From Octopus sinensis (Eukaryota), in NCBI RefSeq assembly GCF_006345805.1, contig NW_021833165.1, positions 1-33,682 of the forward strand: a DNA stretch of 33,682 nucleotides, read 5' to 3'. Shown here piece by piece: positions 1 through 9,890 of the stretch. Under the pieces are notes generated by a model. The model was not told the origin of the DNA. It did no database searches and was given only the letters and a program-made list of their open reading frames with translations. The translations under genes were made by a program, and so were the position numbers. The stretch's first letter is position 1; each line of letters starts with the position of its first letter.

Positions 1-39
1 GGTTAGCAAGCTGCTTACCACACAGCCACTCCTGCGCCT
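1..39 (-). mobile_element. SINE family A, 5' tRNA-like head, cut by window edge
   Basis: Matches the reverse complement of the head at 25141 (aggcgcaggagtggctgtgtggtaag...) and the ends of the copies at 3282 and 19342. Confidence 0.85.
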
Positions 40-252
40 TCATTTTTTTCAAGAAGGAAGTGCTAATTGAGGGAAACTTTTCGCAAATTCTAGCAGAATG
101 ATCGATCGCGTAGAGGCTCCCTCACAGAGAAAATTCCAGAAAGTATAACTGAAGCAATCAGAGGCAGAGACAAAGATTAAAGCATGAACAAAGCTGAATG
201 AATATTTCGAGATGTGGTCGAGTGGGGTGGATGAGAATTGCTTAATGTTGTC

Positions 253-535
253 CAGTAGTTCCCAAACGTTTTCAGGCTGCCGCCTCCTTGGTACCCGGGC
301 CACATTCTTTGCACCCCTCCCCCATCCCCACCACAGATATCGATCACTCTCTGCAACAAATTCAAAACAATGGTATTTCACATATAAAACTTAAACCTAA
401 TTAACCTATTAATATTTGTTTCACATCTGTTTTACATTTTGGACACCCCATTCTCACCCAACTTTTCTTTAACGCCAGCCCTGGATTTTTACACTGCCCC
501 CGAGAGGACAGTACGGACCACTTTGAGAACCACTG
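253..535. mobile_element. Possible hAT-like MITE (decayed or composite)
   Basis: Left end CAGTAGTTCCCAAA and right end TTTGAGAACCACTG form a 12/14 inverted repeat of the CAGTGGTTC type common in hAT MITEs. The 8-bp flanks (atgttgtc, gtttacaa) do not match, so there is no TSD. Confidence 0.4.
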
Positions 536-685
536 GTTTACAACACAATATGTAATAGCAGTGGTACAAGACGCAGAGAGAGGGAGAGAGAGAGAGAGAG
601 AGTAAAAATATAGACAGACAGTGAGGCAGCATGCGAGAGGAAGAGAGAGGGAACAGCATGACTGGGTCGGAAATTGGTTTTTGTA

Positions 686-870
686 GTTTAGCTCCATGTC
701 AGTACTAATCGAGCAGAGCTATGCACAAAGGTGTTACATATATAAAAAAAAGTCAAACCATCTGTAACTGGGAACTACATTATCCAACATATTTTTTTTG
801 CAAAGTTTATGAATATTATTCGACGAAATTTGGCTACTATTTCTAGCAGGAGCGCGACTGACCACGAAAA
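686..870 (+). repeat. Unclassified decayed interspersed repeat (family E)
   Basis: Shares the motifs gtttag...gtcag...gat(c/t)ga(g/a)cag and gaaatttg(g/a)ct..tatttctagca(g/a) with 26433-26660, and in reverse with 29510-29670. A short piece also lies near 60-125. Confidence 0.4.
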
Positions 871-1989
871 AGCTTTCTCGTTGGCTCGTCTGTAGATCAA
901 AAGTCTTCTGTGTTGGCCAGTCAATTAAATAGTTTTGCTTTCACTGCGGTGTAGCATGTTACTGTATCTGTTACGTGTCACCTAAAAATCTGCATTTGTC
1001 ACAGTACCTAACTCATTCCATTTCCTCAAGATTTTTAACATACTTTATTTTAATTTTCAATATCTTTTTCGTATATCCAACTGCACTTAAGCTCCTTTAT
1101 AAAATTGCCCATTGTATCACTTTTAATATACGGTGTTCACATTTATCCAATGTTTACCACTTTCTAATATTCAGTCTGTCTTATCAGAAGTTCAGTTATT
1201 TCTAGACAGCATCCGTTTCTTTCTGTCTAAGGTTCACTTTACGAAACCCAGCGTTCATGCTTTTTTCATCTTATGTTTACTTCCTATTGTTTAGGATACA
1301 CAACCTCCTTTTATACGTTTACTTCTTCTTACGCTGTATTCACTAATTTCTATCCAGGGTTCAGATAAAATTGTAGTAACGTTGAAGGACGTAGATTTGT
1401 GCTGTTTATGTGTTAGTAGTATAATGAGTTATGTGAATCAGAATAGGTGGATACTAAGCTAAAAGCAGATAATACCGTTTCAGAGAGGTTTACAGTGAAG
1501 TGAACAGAAAAGTGGTGATTATGGCATTACTTAATGAATTGGCCATCATATATAAAACTTAGTGAACACTTGATTAAAAGAACATTTAACAGAAAGTAGT
1601 AAAACGTGCATAAGGAGAAGTGACATAAAATCATGGCAAAAAAATAAACACTGGGTTTAGTGGTATGAACATTGGACAGGAAGAAGTTGATACTGAATAT
1701 AAATAGGTGAGTATTTGATTAAGGGAAATAAATGTTAGATAGGAATAGTGAACGTTGGATAGAAAGACGTGAGCAGTGCTTAGTAAAAGTTTAACAATGA
1801 GCAGTTGTTTTGGATATATTAAGTATAGCTGAAGGTATGTTGTCAACTTAATGTGATAGTCCCATGAAAGGGAAGAATGCTACTGCTATTTAGCCATAGG
1901 AAACACCGTTTTCTGTTGGCCTTGGCGCATTTAGTGTGTCCTTATGTTTTCAAAGGAAGATAAGCACCTCCACCCAACAAAGCCAGTAA

Positions 1990-2030
1990 CCAGAGACTAG
2001 TTTCAGAGTCATTGCTTATCGTCAGTCTGG
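1990..2030 (-). ncRNA. Minimal type I hammerhead ribozyme motif (canonical core, decayed stem II)
   Basis: Minus strand reads ccaga-CTGACGA-taagcaatgactct-GAAA-ctag-TC-tctgg. Stem I is ccaga/tctgg and stem III is the palindrome ACTAGT. Confidence 0.65.
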
Positions 2031-2176
2031 AGTAGCATGGCTTGATAGCTGTCGATTCCTATCCGCCTTTGAAAACATATATATTTCAAGTGAAATACAT
2101 TCACTGATTTCGAAAATAGAAATTATACATTTCTAAATATCTCAAAGAGATTTATACAGTAGCAAGCCATGCTACT

Positions 2177-2217
2177 CCAGACTGATTATGAGCAAAGGCT
2201 CTGAAACTAGTCTCTGG
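2177..2217 (+). ncRNA. Minimal type I hammerhead ribozyme motif (intact stems, G8 mutated to T)
   Basis: ccaga-CTGATTA-t-gagc-aaag-gctc-t-GAAA-ctag-TC-tctgg. Stem I can extend through aagcca/tggctt beyond an internal loop. Confidence 0.65.
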
Positions 2218-2633
2218 TTATTGGCTTTGCTGGGTGGAGGTGCTTATCTCCCCTTTGAAAACGTAAGGACACAGAAAAGGCCAACAGAAAACGGTGTTTC
2301 CTATAGCTCAATAGCAGTAGCATTCTTCCCTTTCATGGGACAACATACCATCACTTTATCGTGCTGCTACTGCATGAATCTCTTTGAGAGATTTAGAAAT
2401 GTATTATTTCCATTTACGTATAACTGGTTTCCCCAAAAAGATATGAAGGTAAAGAATTATAATTAAATGTATTTAAAATGCTGATGAATAAAAAAACTGA
2501 GAATGAAACAAATTTTTCAGTTGTACTGGATGTCCAAGAATTAATTATCTATTTCATTGATATCGAGCAATTTTTTTTTTAACTGACTGAATTTTATGCT
2601 TATTATTTAATTATGATACCAAAACAAATAGAT

Positions 2634-3282
2634 TTACTCTTTTTACTCTTTTACTTGTTTCAGTCATTTGACTGCGGCCATGCTGGAGCACCGCCTTTAG
2701 TCGAGCAAATCGACCCCGGGACTTATTCTTTGTAAGCCCAGTACTTATTCTATCGGTCTCTTTTGCCGAACCGCTAGGTGACGGGGACGTAAACACACCA
2801 GCATCGGTTGTCAAGCAATGCTAGGGGGACAAACACAGACACACAAACATATACACACACACACATATATATATATACATATATACGACGAGCTGGCAGA
2901 AACGTTAGCACGCCGGGCGAAATGCGTAGCCGTATTTCGTCTGTCGTTACGTTATGAGTTCAAATTCCGCCGAGGTCGACTTTGCCTTTCATCCTTTCGG
3001 GGTCGATAAAGTAAGTACCAGTTACGCACTGGGGTTGATGTAATCGACTAAATCCCTTTGTCTGTCCTTGTTTGTCCCCTCTGTGTTTAGCCCCTTGTGG
3101 GTAGTAAAGAAATATATATACGACGGGCTTCTTTCAGTTTCCGTCTACCAAATCCACTCACAAGGCATTGGTCGGCCCGGGGCTATAGCAGAAGACACTT
3201 GCCCAAGATGCCACGCAGTGGGACTGAACCCGGAACCATGTGGTTGGTTAGTAAGCTACTTACCACACAGCCACTCCTGCGC
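2634..3282 (-). mobile_element. SINE family A, full length, interrupted by a family B SINE
   Basis: tRNA-like head with A-box (tggctgtgtgg) and B-box (ggttcagtcc), internal (TA/TG)n, and 3' tail gcggtgctccagcatggccgcagtcaaatgactgaaac plus (gtaaaaga)n. Colinear with 25141-25538. Confidence 0.9.
2891..3113 (+). mobile_element. SINE family B nested in SINE A
   Basis: gagctggcagaaacgttagc...gagttcaaattcc...gtagtaaagaaat, flanked by a 12-bp direct repeat atatatacgacg (2879-2890 and 3114-3125). Confidence 0.9.
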
Positions 3283-3554
3283 ATAAATCTTACCATAACA
3301 TTTTATTGAGAATTTTCAACATGTGCTCCGCCTGTATCCCTTAGCATTGAGAAACACATTTTGAAGCATTTCAGGAGTCATCACCTGCACGGCTAACTGA
3401 ATGAGTTCTTTAAGTTTAGCTAAACTATTGTTCCATCTTGAGAATAGGGGGTAGGGAAAATAATTGCAGCCAACTTGAAAGAAAGCTGTCGTGGACAGAA
3501 AAGCGGTATCCAACAGGGATGGAAATAAGATCATAAAACAAATTATAAGAACTC

Positions 3555-3711
3555 TGGACATTATTTTCTTCATCTTGCTTGTTGTTAACACAACGTTTCG
3601 GCTGATATACCCTCCGGCCTTCACCAGGTGTCATGGGGAAGTTTTGAACCTGGGTTTTCATTCCTAAGTTTTTTTATGTTGTTGTTGTTGTTGTTATCGT
3701 CATCATCATCA

Positions 3712-3742
<31 letters not shown>

Positions 3743-3836
3743 CATTATTATTATTATTCAGGTCACTGCTTGGAATCGAACTCGGAATCTTGGGGTTAGT
3801 AGCTCGCGCTCTAAACCACTATGCCATATGCCCGCC
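3555..3836 (-). mobile_element. tRNA-headed element with (TAA/CAA)n middle and Penelope-type hammerhead tail
   Basis: A-box TGGCATAGTGG, B-box AGTTCGATTCC, a trinucleotide run, then ...gacacctggtgaaggccggagggtatatcagccgaaacgttgtgtt. Confidence 0.7.
3587..3632 (-). ncRNA. Minimal type I hammerhead-like motif (core A6 mutated to G)
   Basis: gacac-CTGGTGA-a-ggccg-gagggtatat-cagcc-GAAA-cg-TT-gtgtt. Stem I is gacac/gtgtt and stem III is the palindrome ACGT. Confidence 0.55.
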
Positions 3837-4600
3837 ATTGTACAAATAATGTACATAATTCCTCATCTCTTAAATATAGAACTGTAAAAGTTCTGGAATT
3901 ATGAACAAAGTTAAAAATTTATACACTCTTAATACATATTAAATATAAATAAAAGTGAGTCATTTTAAAAATTGTTCGTTTTCACTGAAATGGTTCATTC
4001 TGGTACACCCTGCATATTTGCAATGAATAGATGTATGTTATCAATAACATTAATGTTGTTTAACTATGAATCAATCGCAGATATAACATACTGTTCGAGT
4101 TAAAACGGTTTAATGGTAACTATGTATGACACGACGTATGTTTTTAAATTGCACATGAAAGTCTTCGCTAAACTCTCCTTGCACATTATCTTAAAACATT
4201 TCCCTGAAACTAAAATACATATGACATTCCAATGACAAGATTATTATAGGAAAATTTCGACAAGCCGGATTAAAAAAAGATTCCCCGTCACTGTATATGA
4301 GCTATGAATGAACTAGAAGAATCAAACAGATCTAGTCTCGATTCTCGACGGAAATTGTTTCACTTCGCTTACACATGTTATGTCATCTATTAGTTACCAT
4401 GAAAACAAGCATTCCTTTTAAACCAAAAGTATTGTGTAGACGGAAGATATTGCTTAAATAACATCAGACTCCCAAAATATTTACTTTCGTCTTCGTCAGT
4501 TCAGATTTCAAATTACAGCAGGGTTAATCGATCTACTTTTCTTCCTTAGAACAACAGATAAATTTAATACCAGTAATATGTTATGGTCACTCCAGTTGAA

Positions 4601-5481
4601 TACTCGTGGTCTGATCAATAAGAATCCGGACCGTTGCCATAGTAACGAAGCTAAAGTACGCAGAGTAAAACCGCTTGGCACAGACTGATGTTGAACTCTG
4701 CTGTGTTTGTGCACTAAGTTTTAATGTTCTAGCTCAAGTTTGCTGTTTACAGCAATGCTTCGGAGGAAGGTGTGTAGCATGTGATCGTCGCATTTATAAT
4801 GGCAGAGGAAGTTGAGCACAGAATCTACATGAAATTTTGCCAAAAGCTTGGCGATACCAGCTCAGAGGCCTACGCAAAGTTCTCAAAAAGTTTTCATCAT
4901 TCTTGACACAATCAAAGAAATCTTGTGCAACTGAAACCCGAGAGTTTTTTGGGTCAGCTGCAGTAGTTTTGGCACAAACTTTGCAGACACGCGTGTCATA
5001 TCCAAACCTTCAGTGATAATGGACTGAACTGAGCCGTAATTAATCTGAACATCTTCTGATAACTTACGGATGGTGAGTCGACGATTACCCCTCACAGCTG
5101 CATGCACATCTGCGATGTTTATCTCAGTTCTACTGGTTGCGGGTCTCCCAGAAAGTTCGACAATATCGACATTTCTTCGGCCATTTTGGAAACGTCTGAA
5201 CCACTCGTACACTCCTCTCCATACACTTTCTGCAACTTTGCGTAGGCCTCTGAGCAGGTATCGACATGACAACTTTCTCTGTTATGTTCAATGCGAAGAT
5301 CACACGCTACACACCTTCTTTCCAAGCAATGCTGTAAACAGTGGAAGTAAGCGAGAACGTTAAAATTTACTGCACATGCGCAGCAGAGGTCAAGGTCAAT
5401 CTTTGCCTAGCGGCTACAGTCTGCGTACTTTAGCTTCGTTACTATGGCAGCAGTCCGGATACTTATTGATCAGACCTTGTA
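4601..5481. mobile_element. Mariner-derived element with two 5' ends in inverted orientation
   Basis: Terminal inverted repeats ggtctgatcaataag(a/t)atccggac at about 4608 and 5452-5477, with TA at the outer ends. 4601-4881 is an inverted, diverged copy of about 5235-5481. Confidence 0.85.
4882..5300 (-). pseudogene. Mariner transposase N-terminal half (HTH domains to the WVP-linker region), frameshifted
   Basis: Translation SEAYAKLQKVYGEE / VYEWFRRFQNG...SGRP...NRRLTIRKLSEDVQINYGSVQSII...RVSAKFVPKLL, typical of mariner transposases. The catalytic domain is absent. Confidence 0.85.
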
Positions 5482-5957
5482 TATCTTCCCTGTAACGAGT
5501 GGCTTATAGGTAAACCAAACATTACACAGTGTTGGTTATTAGGTCACGCTAAAAATACCTCGCTGAATTATAAAAAATTTCAATATGTTACATCTGCATT
5601 TAATTCATAGTTAAACAATATTATAGTTATTAATAGCACATACATATTTATTGCAAATATACAATTGAGAAATTTGGTTTACTGAATTAGATTTTAATTT
5701 AATAATTAATTTCATTTTCAAAATTAATATTCATTTCATTATTTTGTATCATCATCAAATTTGAGAAAAGTAAAACTAAAATTATTGTACTAATGAAACA
5801 TAACTTGATATTACCCACAGTGGCGAAAATACATTACTAGTCATTTTACGAGTAACACTTAATATATTGAGTGGTGGTGATGGTGGTGGTAGTGGTGCGT
5901 GGTTCCGATGTATTACTTATGATCGTAAGGTTGTGATTTCGATTCCCGATCCAGCGA

Positions 5958-6330
5958 TGCATCTTGGACAAGTATCTCCTGCTTTTGCCCCAGAGTGACC
6001 AAAGCCTTTGGAGTGGATTTGGTAGTCGGAAACTGAAAAAAGCTCGTCGTATATAAATACATACATACATACATAAATATATATATATACACACACACAC
6101 ATATATATGTATGTATATATATATATAGCCATGAATATGTGCGTGTTTGTGTTTTGTTTGTCCCCCGTCACTGCTTGACAACCGATGTTGGTTTGTTTAC
6201 TTACGTTCCGTAACGTAGTGGTTCGGCAAAACTACCAGACATAAGAAAATACCAGGTTTCGATTTATTCGACCAAACCCTTTCAGGCGGTGCCTCAGAAT
6301 TGCCACAGTTCAAAGATAAAATTAAAAGAA
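5958..6330 (+). mobile_element. SINE family A (diverged copy), left arm of an inverted duplication
   Basis: gcatcttggacaagt...gtggatttggtag...gcttgacaaccgatg...ggcggtgcc tail. It is preceded by a decayed head of a different SINE type near 5895-5955. Confidence 0.85.
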
Positions 6331-6976
6331 GATTATTTCAGTATGGATATATTTTGGCACGACTTCAAGACAGAATTGTGCGGAGGGGTGTATGTGAGTA
6401 AATCGATATTAGTAGATGGAACTTACTTTATTTTGTCTTGAGTCCACTCGGCTGGCAAATTTGAGTAATTCTGCGACAGACTGGCGTCCCACCCAGTGAT
6501 AGGGATATATACGCCATGGACCCGGGGAACCGGCCCTATGAACCCATGTGACTCGACTCGAGAAAGATCTTATCCGTTCAAGTGAGGAAACATTGCAATA
6601 TCTGTCACTTAAACTCCATAGAAACCGGATTAAGCTCACATCTTAGGAGTCCTACGGCTCAAGACAAAATAAAGTAAGTTCCATCTACTAATATCGATTT
6701 ACTCACATACACCCCTCCGCACAATTCTGTCTTGAAGTCGTGCCAAAATATATCCATACTGAAATAATCTTCTTTTAATTTTATCTTTGAACTGTGGCAA
6801 TCTGAGGCACCACCTGAAAGGGTTTGGTCGAATAAATCGAAACCTGGTATTTTCTTAGTCTGGTAGTTTTGCCGAACCACTACGTTACGGAACGTAAGTA
6901 AACAAACCAACATCGGTTGTCAAGCAGTGACGTGGGACAAACAAAACACAAACACAAAGACGCACATATTCATGGC

Positions 6977-7063
<87 letters not shown>

Positions 7064-7261
7064 CATACGTACATACATACATACGTACACATATATGTGT
7101 GTGTGTATATATATAAATATATACATATATACATGTATGTATGTATGTATGTATGTATGTATTTATGTACGACGAGCTTTTTACAGTTTCCGACTACCAA
7201 ATCCACTCGAAAGGCTTTGGTCACTCTGAGGCCTACGCAGGAGATACTTGTCCAAGATGCA
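5958..7261. repeat. Long near-perfect inverted duplication (arms 5958-6442 and 6658-7261, 215-bp spacer)
   Basis: 6300-6442 is the exact reverse complement of 6658-6800. The SINE parts share private mutations and differ at a few sites and in microsatellite length. Confidence 0.9.
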
Positions 7262-7305
7262 GCACAGCGGGACTGAACCCGAAAAACCATGTAGCTGGAA
7301 CGCAA
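6770..7305 (-). mobile_element. SINE family A (diverged copy), right arm of the inverted duplication
   Basis: Reverse complement of 5958-6330, continuing into a normal family A head (gggactgaacccg...ccatg). Confidence 0.85.
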
Positions 7306-7849
7306 GTTTTCTACCAACATGCAAAAAATGTAAGCAAAAAACAAAAAAAAAGATCAACTAATTACACTGAATAACTAATTAAACCAAACTCTAGAACCCA
7401 GTATGTATGTGTGTATATTATATATATATATATAAATGCTAAAGCGATCCAATTTCGGATTAGCACAAGTCAAAAACATGTAAGGTGCCGACTGGAATGT
7501 TCGTGACAATTCTTCGCTGACCACCAACAGGCCACTTATCCGAGGAAACTCAGTGAGATGAAGTATTCGGGTTTCTTCTACATCTAAAACACTGACAAAC
7601 GTTTGCCAAATCTGCTTTGCCCATTTCCCATTATTCTTGTTCGTCATTGAAGCGTAAATTTGGCCGACAGTTGATAACTTTCGACGTCTTTCATAGTGAA
7701 ACATCTCAACTTACTTGTTAGTTCGCTAACTCTGGGATTCTTGGCTAATTTCAAATATCCACTTTCATTCTATGAGTATTTGATACAGCCGTTGTTGTTG
7801 TTGTTGCTGTTGTTGTTGCTAATTTTCGGTTTTCGAATTGCCGTTTATT

Positions 7850-8228
7850 CTTTTATTTTTTTATTTGTTTCAGTCATTTGACAGCGGCCATTCTGGAGCA
7901 CTGCGTTTAGTCAAAGAAATCGACACCAAGACTTATTCTTTGTAAGTCTAGTACTTATTCTATCCGTGTCTTTTGCTGAACCGCTAAGTGACGGGGACGT
8001 GAACACACCAGCATTGGTCGTCAAGTGATGATAGGTGGGGGTGGACAAACACAGATACATAGACATATATATACGACGGGCTTCTTTCAGTTTTCGTCAA
8101 TCAAATTCACTCACACAGCTTTAGTCGGCCCGAGGCTATAGTAGAAGACACCTGTCCAAGGTGCCATGCAGTGGGACTGAACCCGGAACCATGCGGTTGG
8201 ATAACAAGCTTCTTACTACACAGCTGCC
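7850..8228 (-). mobile_element. SINE family A
   Basis: Colinear with 2634-3282 minus the nested insert. Confidence 0.9.
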
Positions 8229-8259
8229 TTTATTTATTTATTTGTTTATTTTCAAATAT

Positions 8260-8460
8260 TGGCACAAGGCTAGCAATTTAATGGGAGGGAGTAAATCAAT
8301 TTCATTGACTCCCAGTGTACAACTGGTTCTTTATCGATGACTCCGAAAGGATGAAAGGTAAAGTCGACCTTGGCGGAATTTGAACTCAGAACGTAAAGAC
8401 CGACGAAATGCCGCTAAGCATTTCGCCCGGCGCCGTAACGGTCCTGTCCGCTCGCAGCCT
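8260..8460 (-). mobile_element. SINE family B (diverged)
   Basis: gaaaggatgaaaggtaaagtcgaccttggcggaatttgaactcagaac...gctaagcatttcgcccggcg. Confidence 0.85.
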
Positions 8461-8514
8461 TTATTTATTTAATTATTGATTAATCAATTTTCTTCCTTTG
8501 TCTCTTTATCATTA

Positions 8515-8538
8515 TTCTTCTTCTTCTTCTTCTTCTTC

Positions 8539-8588
<50 letters not shown>

Positions 8589-8600
8589 GTTATTATTATT
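8515..8600. repeat. (TCT)n-(TAT)n microsatellite
   Basis: Direct inspection. Confidence 0.95.
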
Positions 8601-9150
8601 TAGTCGTTTTTTCTTCACACTTAATTGAAAAAGAAAAGATAGAAGCAATTCTTTCAGTCGAACACCTACTTCTCCACCAACCCCTCCAAATGTCTACTAC
8701 AAAATAAAAAATATATATATATATTTTAGATCACTTCTTCAAGAGACTATCTCATAATTCATCTTATTCCTCAGGGCTTCTTTTTCTATTATTTCATTTC
8801 ATTTTATCTTTATATTATTTTAATATTATTTTTTGTTGACTTCTTTTCTTTTATCCTCTATGGCGTCTCGAATCATCCACACATTCACACCAATATAAAT
8901 TTCCACCATTGGAAAGTTAAATGGACCTTGATCTAGGAAAGTTAATCTCACCCAACCGTCATTTCTTCACGACTTGCTGTCATTCAAACTTGCATTTTTC
9001 CGATTCGCTGCTTTTACAAGACCAAAATAAAACCAAATAATTCTGACTTCTGCTATCTGGATACTTTTATCTAAACAGCTTCTTCTGTCTAAAATATTTC
9101 TTTAATTCAACATCTCTTCCCTCGTTATTACTGACGCCATTTATTCATCT

Positions 9151-9519
9151 TTGTTTTGTTATTTATTCTTATGTTCTTATGCAGGTTTCAACCATTGGAA
9201 TGCGGCCATTCTGGAGCGCCACCTTCAAGAAATTTTATTGAATAATATTGACCTCAATATTTACATTTGTAGTAATTTTATCGAACTTTATTTATCTTTA
9301 TTTTGTTATTTATTCTTATGTTCTTATGCAGGTTTCAATCATTGGAATGCGGCCATTCTGGAGCGCCACCTTCAAGAAATTTTATTGAATAATATTGAAT
9401 AATATTGAATAATATTTAAATGGCGGTGCCCCAGCATGGCCACAGCTCATGAGCTGAAACTAGAATCAATCAACCTCAATATTTACCTTCGTAGTCATTT
9501 TATCGAACTTTATTTATCG
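9151..9519. repeat. 147-bp tandem duplication; second unit carries a 75-bp insertion
   Basis: The 49-aa repeat in ORF 9151-9402 reflects the 147-bp period. Unit 1 reads aataatattg|acctcaatat, while unit 2 has 9398-9472 inserted at that point. Confidence 0.9.
9398..9472 (+). mobile_element. Severely 5'-truncated retroelement tail of the SINE-A/CR1 type
   Basis: ggcggtgccccagcatggccacagctcatgagctgaaac followed by tagaatcaatca. Confidence 0.7.
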
Positions 9520-9890
9520 AGATTACTCTGTTTATATATATTCAAAGGATGAGCCGATTCCCCCTTTTATGGATTTCAATACCACAAGGTATTTAACACT
9601 ACTCAAACACAAATGCAGATGTTTTTATTGCTGTCACTCATTGAACAGCAGCCACGCTCGGGAATCAACCTTCAAGTATTTAGTCGGTCATCAATCATAA
9701 CAACCTGTTACTTTTTATCAGTATCTATTAATCGAAGCACAAGCGTAGTCAGGACATAAACATACATGGACACACGGACACACATACGTGCAATTATAAA
9801 AACTAATATGTGTGCGAGTATTTGTGTTTATATGTCGTGTAACCAATAAAAAACTAAACTAAAATATGTGTGAGTGAGCGGGGGGGGGTG

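Larger units (their letters stand above)
1852..2430. mobile_element. Back-to-back inverted repeat carrying two hammerhead motifs; Penelope-LTR/retrozyme-like
   Basis: 1852-2052 is the reverse complement of about 2156-2355, and 2100-2153 is the reverse complement of about 2375-2430. Each long arm holds a CTGANGA...GAAA hammerhead-like core. Confidence 0.65.

Noticed and set aside
1848-2359. Kolobok-like MITE reading (TTAA/ATAA-like flanks, long TIRs)
   Set aside because: The TSD is imperfect, and it does not explain the second inverted segment (2100-2153 vs 2375-2430) or the hammerhead cores. Kept only as the alternative to test.
3985-4012. Possible Tc1-like TIR end (...ttcattctggtacaccctg)
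   Set aside because: No partner TIR, no TA immediately flanking and no transposase similarity nearby.
6917-7344. ORFs rich in Y/I/M/C/V/H/T (also 10007-10361, 14038-15930, 18056-18793, 22156-22604, 23178-23796)
   Set aside because: Translations of (TA)n, (ATGT)n and (GATA)n microsatellites, which lack stop codons in some frames.
7375-7704. 109-aa minus-strand ORF in unique-looking DNA
   Set aside because: No recognisable domain or convincing splice sites, and it ends in a microsatellite. It would need a BLAST or RNA-seq hit.
8640-9120. Faint resemblance to a decayed L1/Tx1-type RT on the minus strand
   Set aside because: Only scattered weak motif similarity, with many stops; not supportable by eye.
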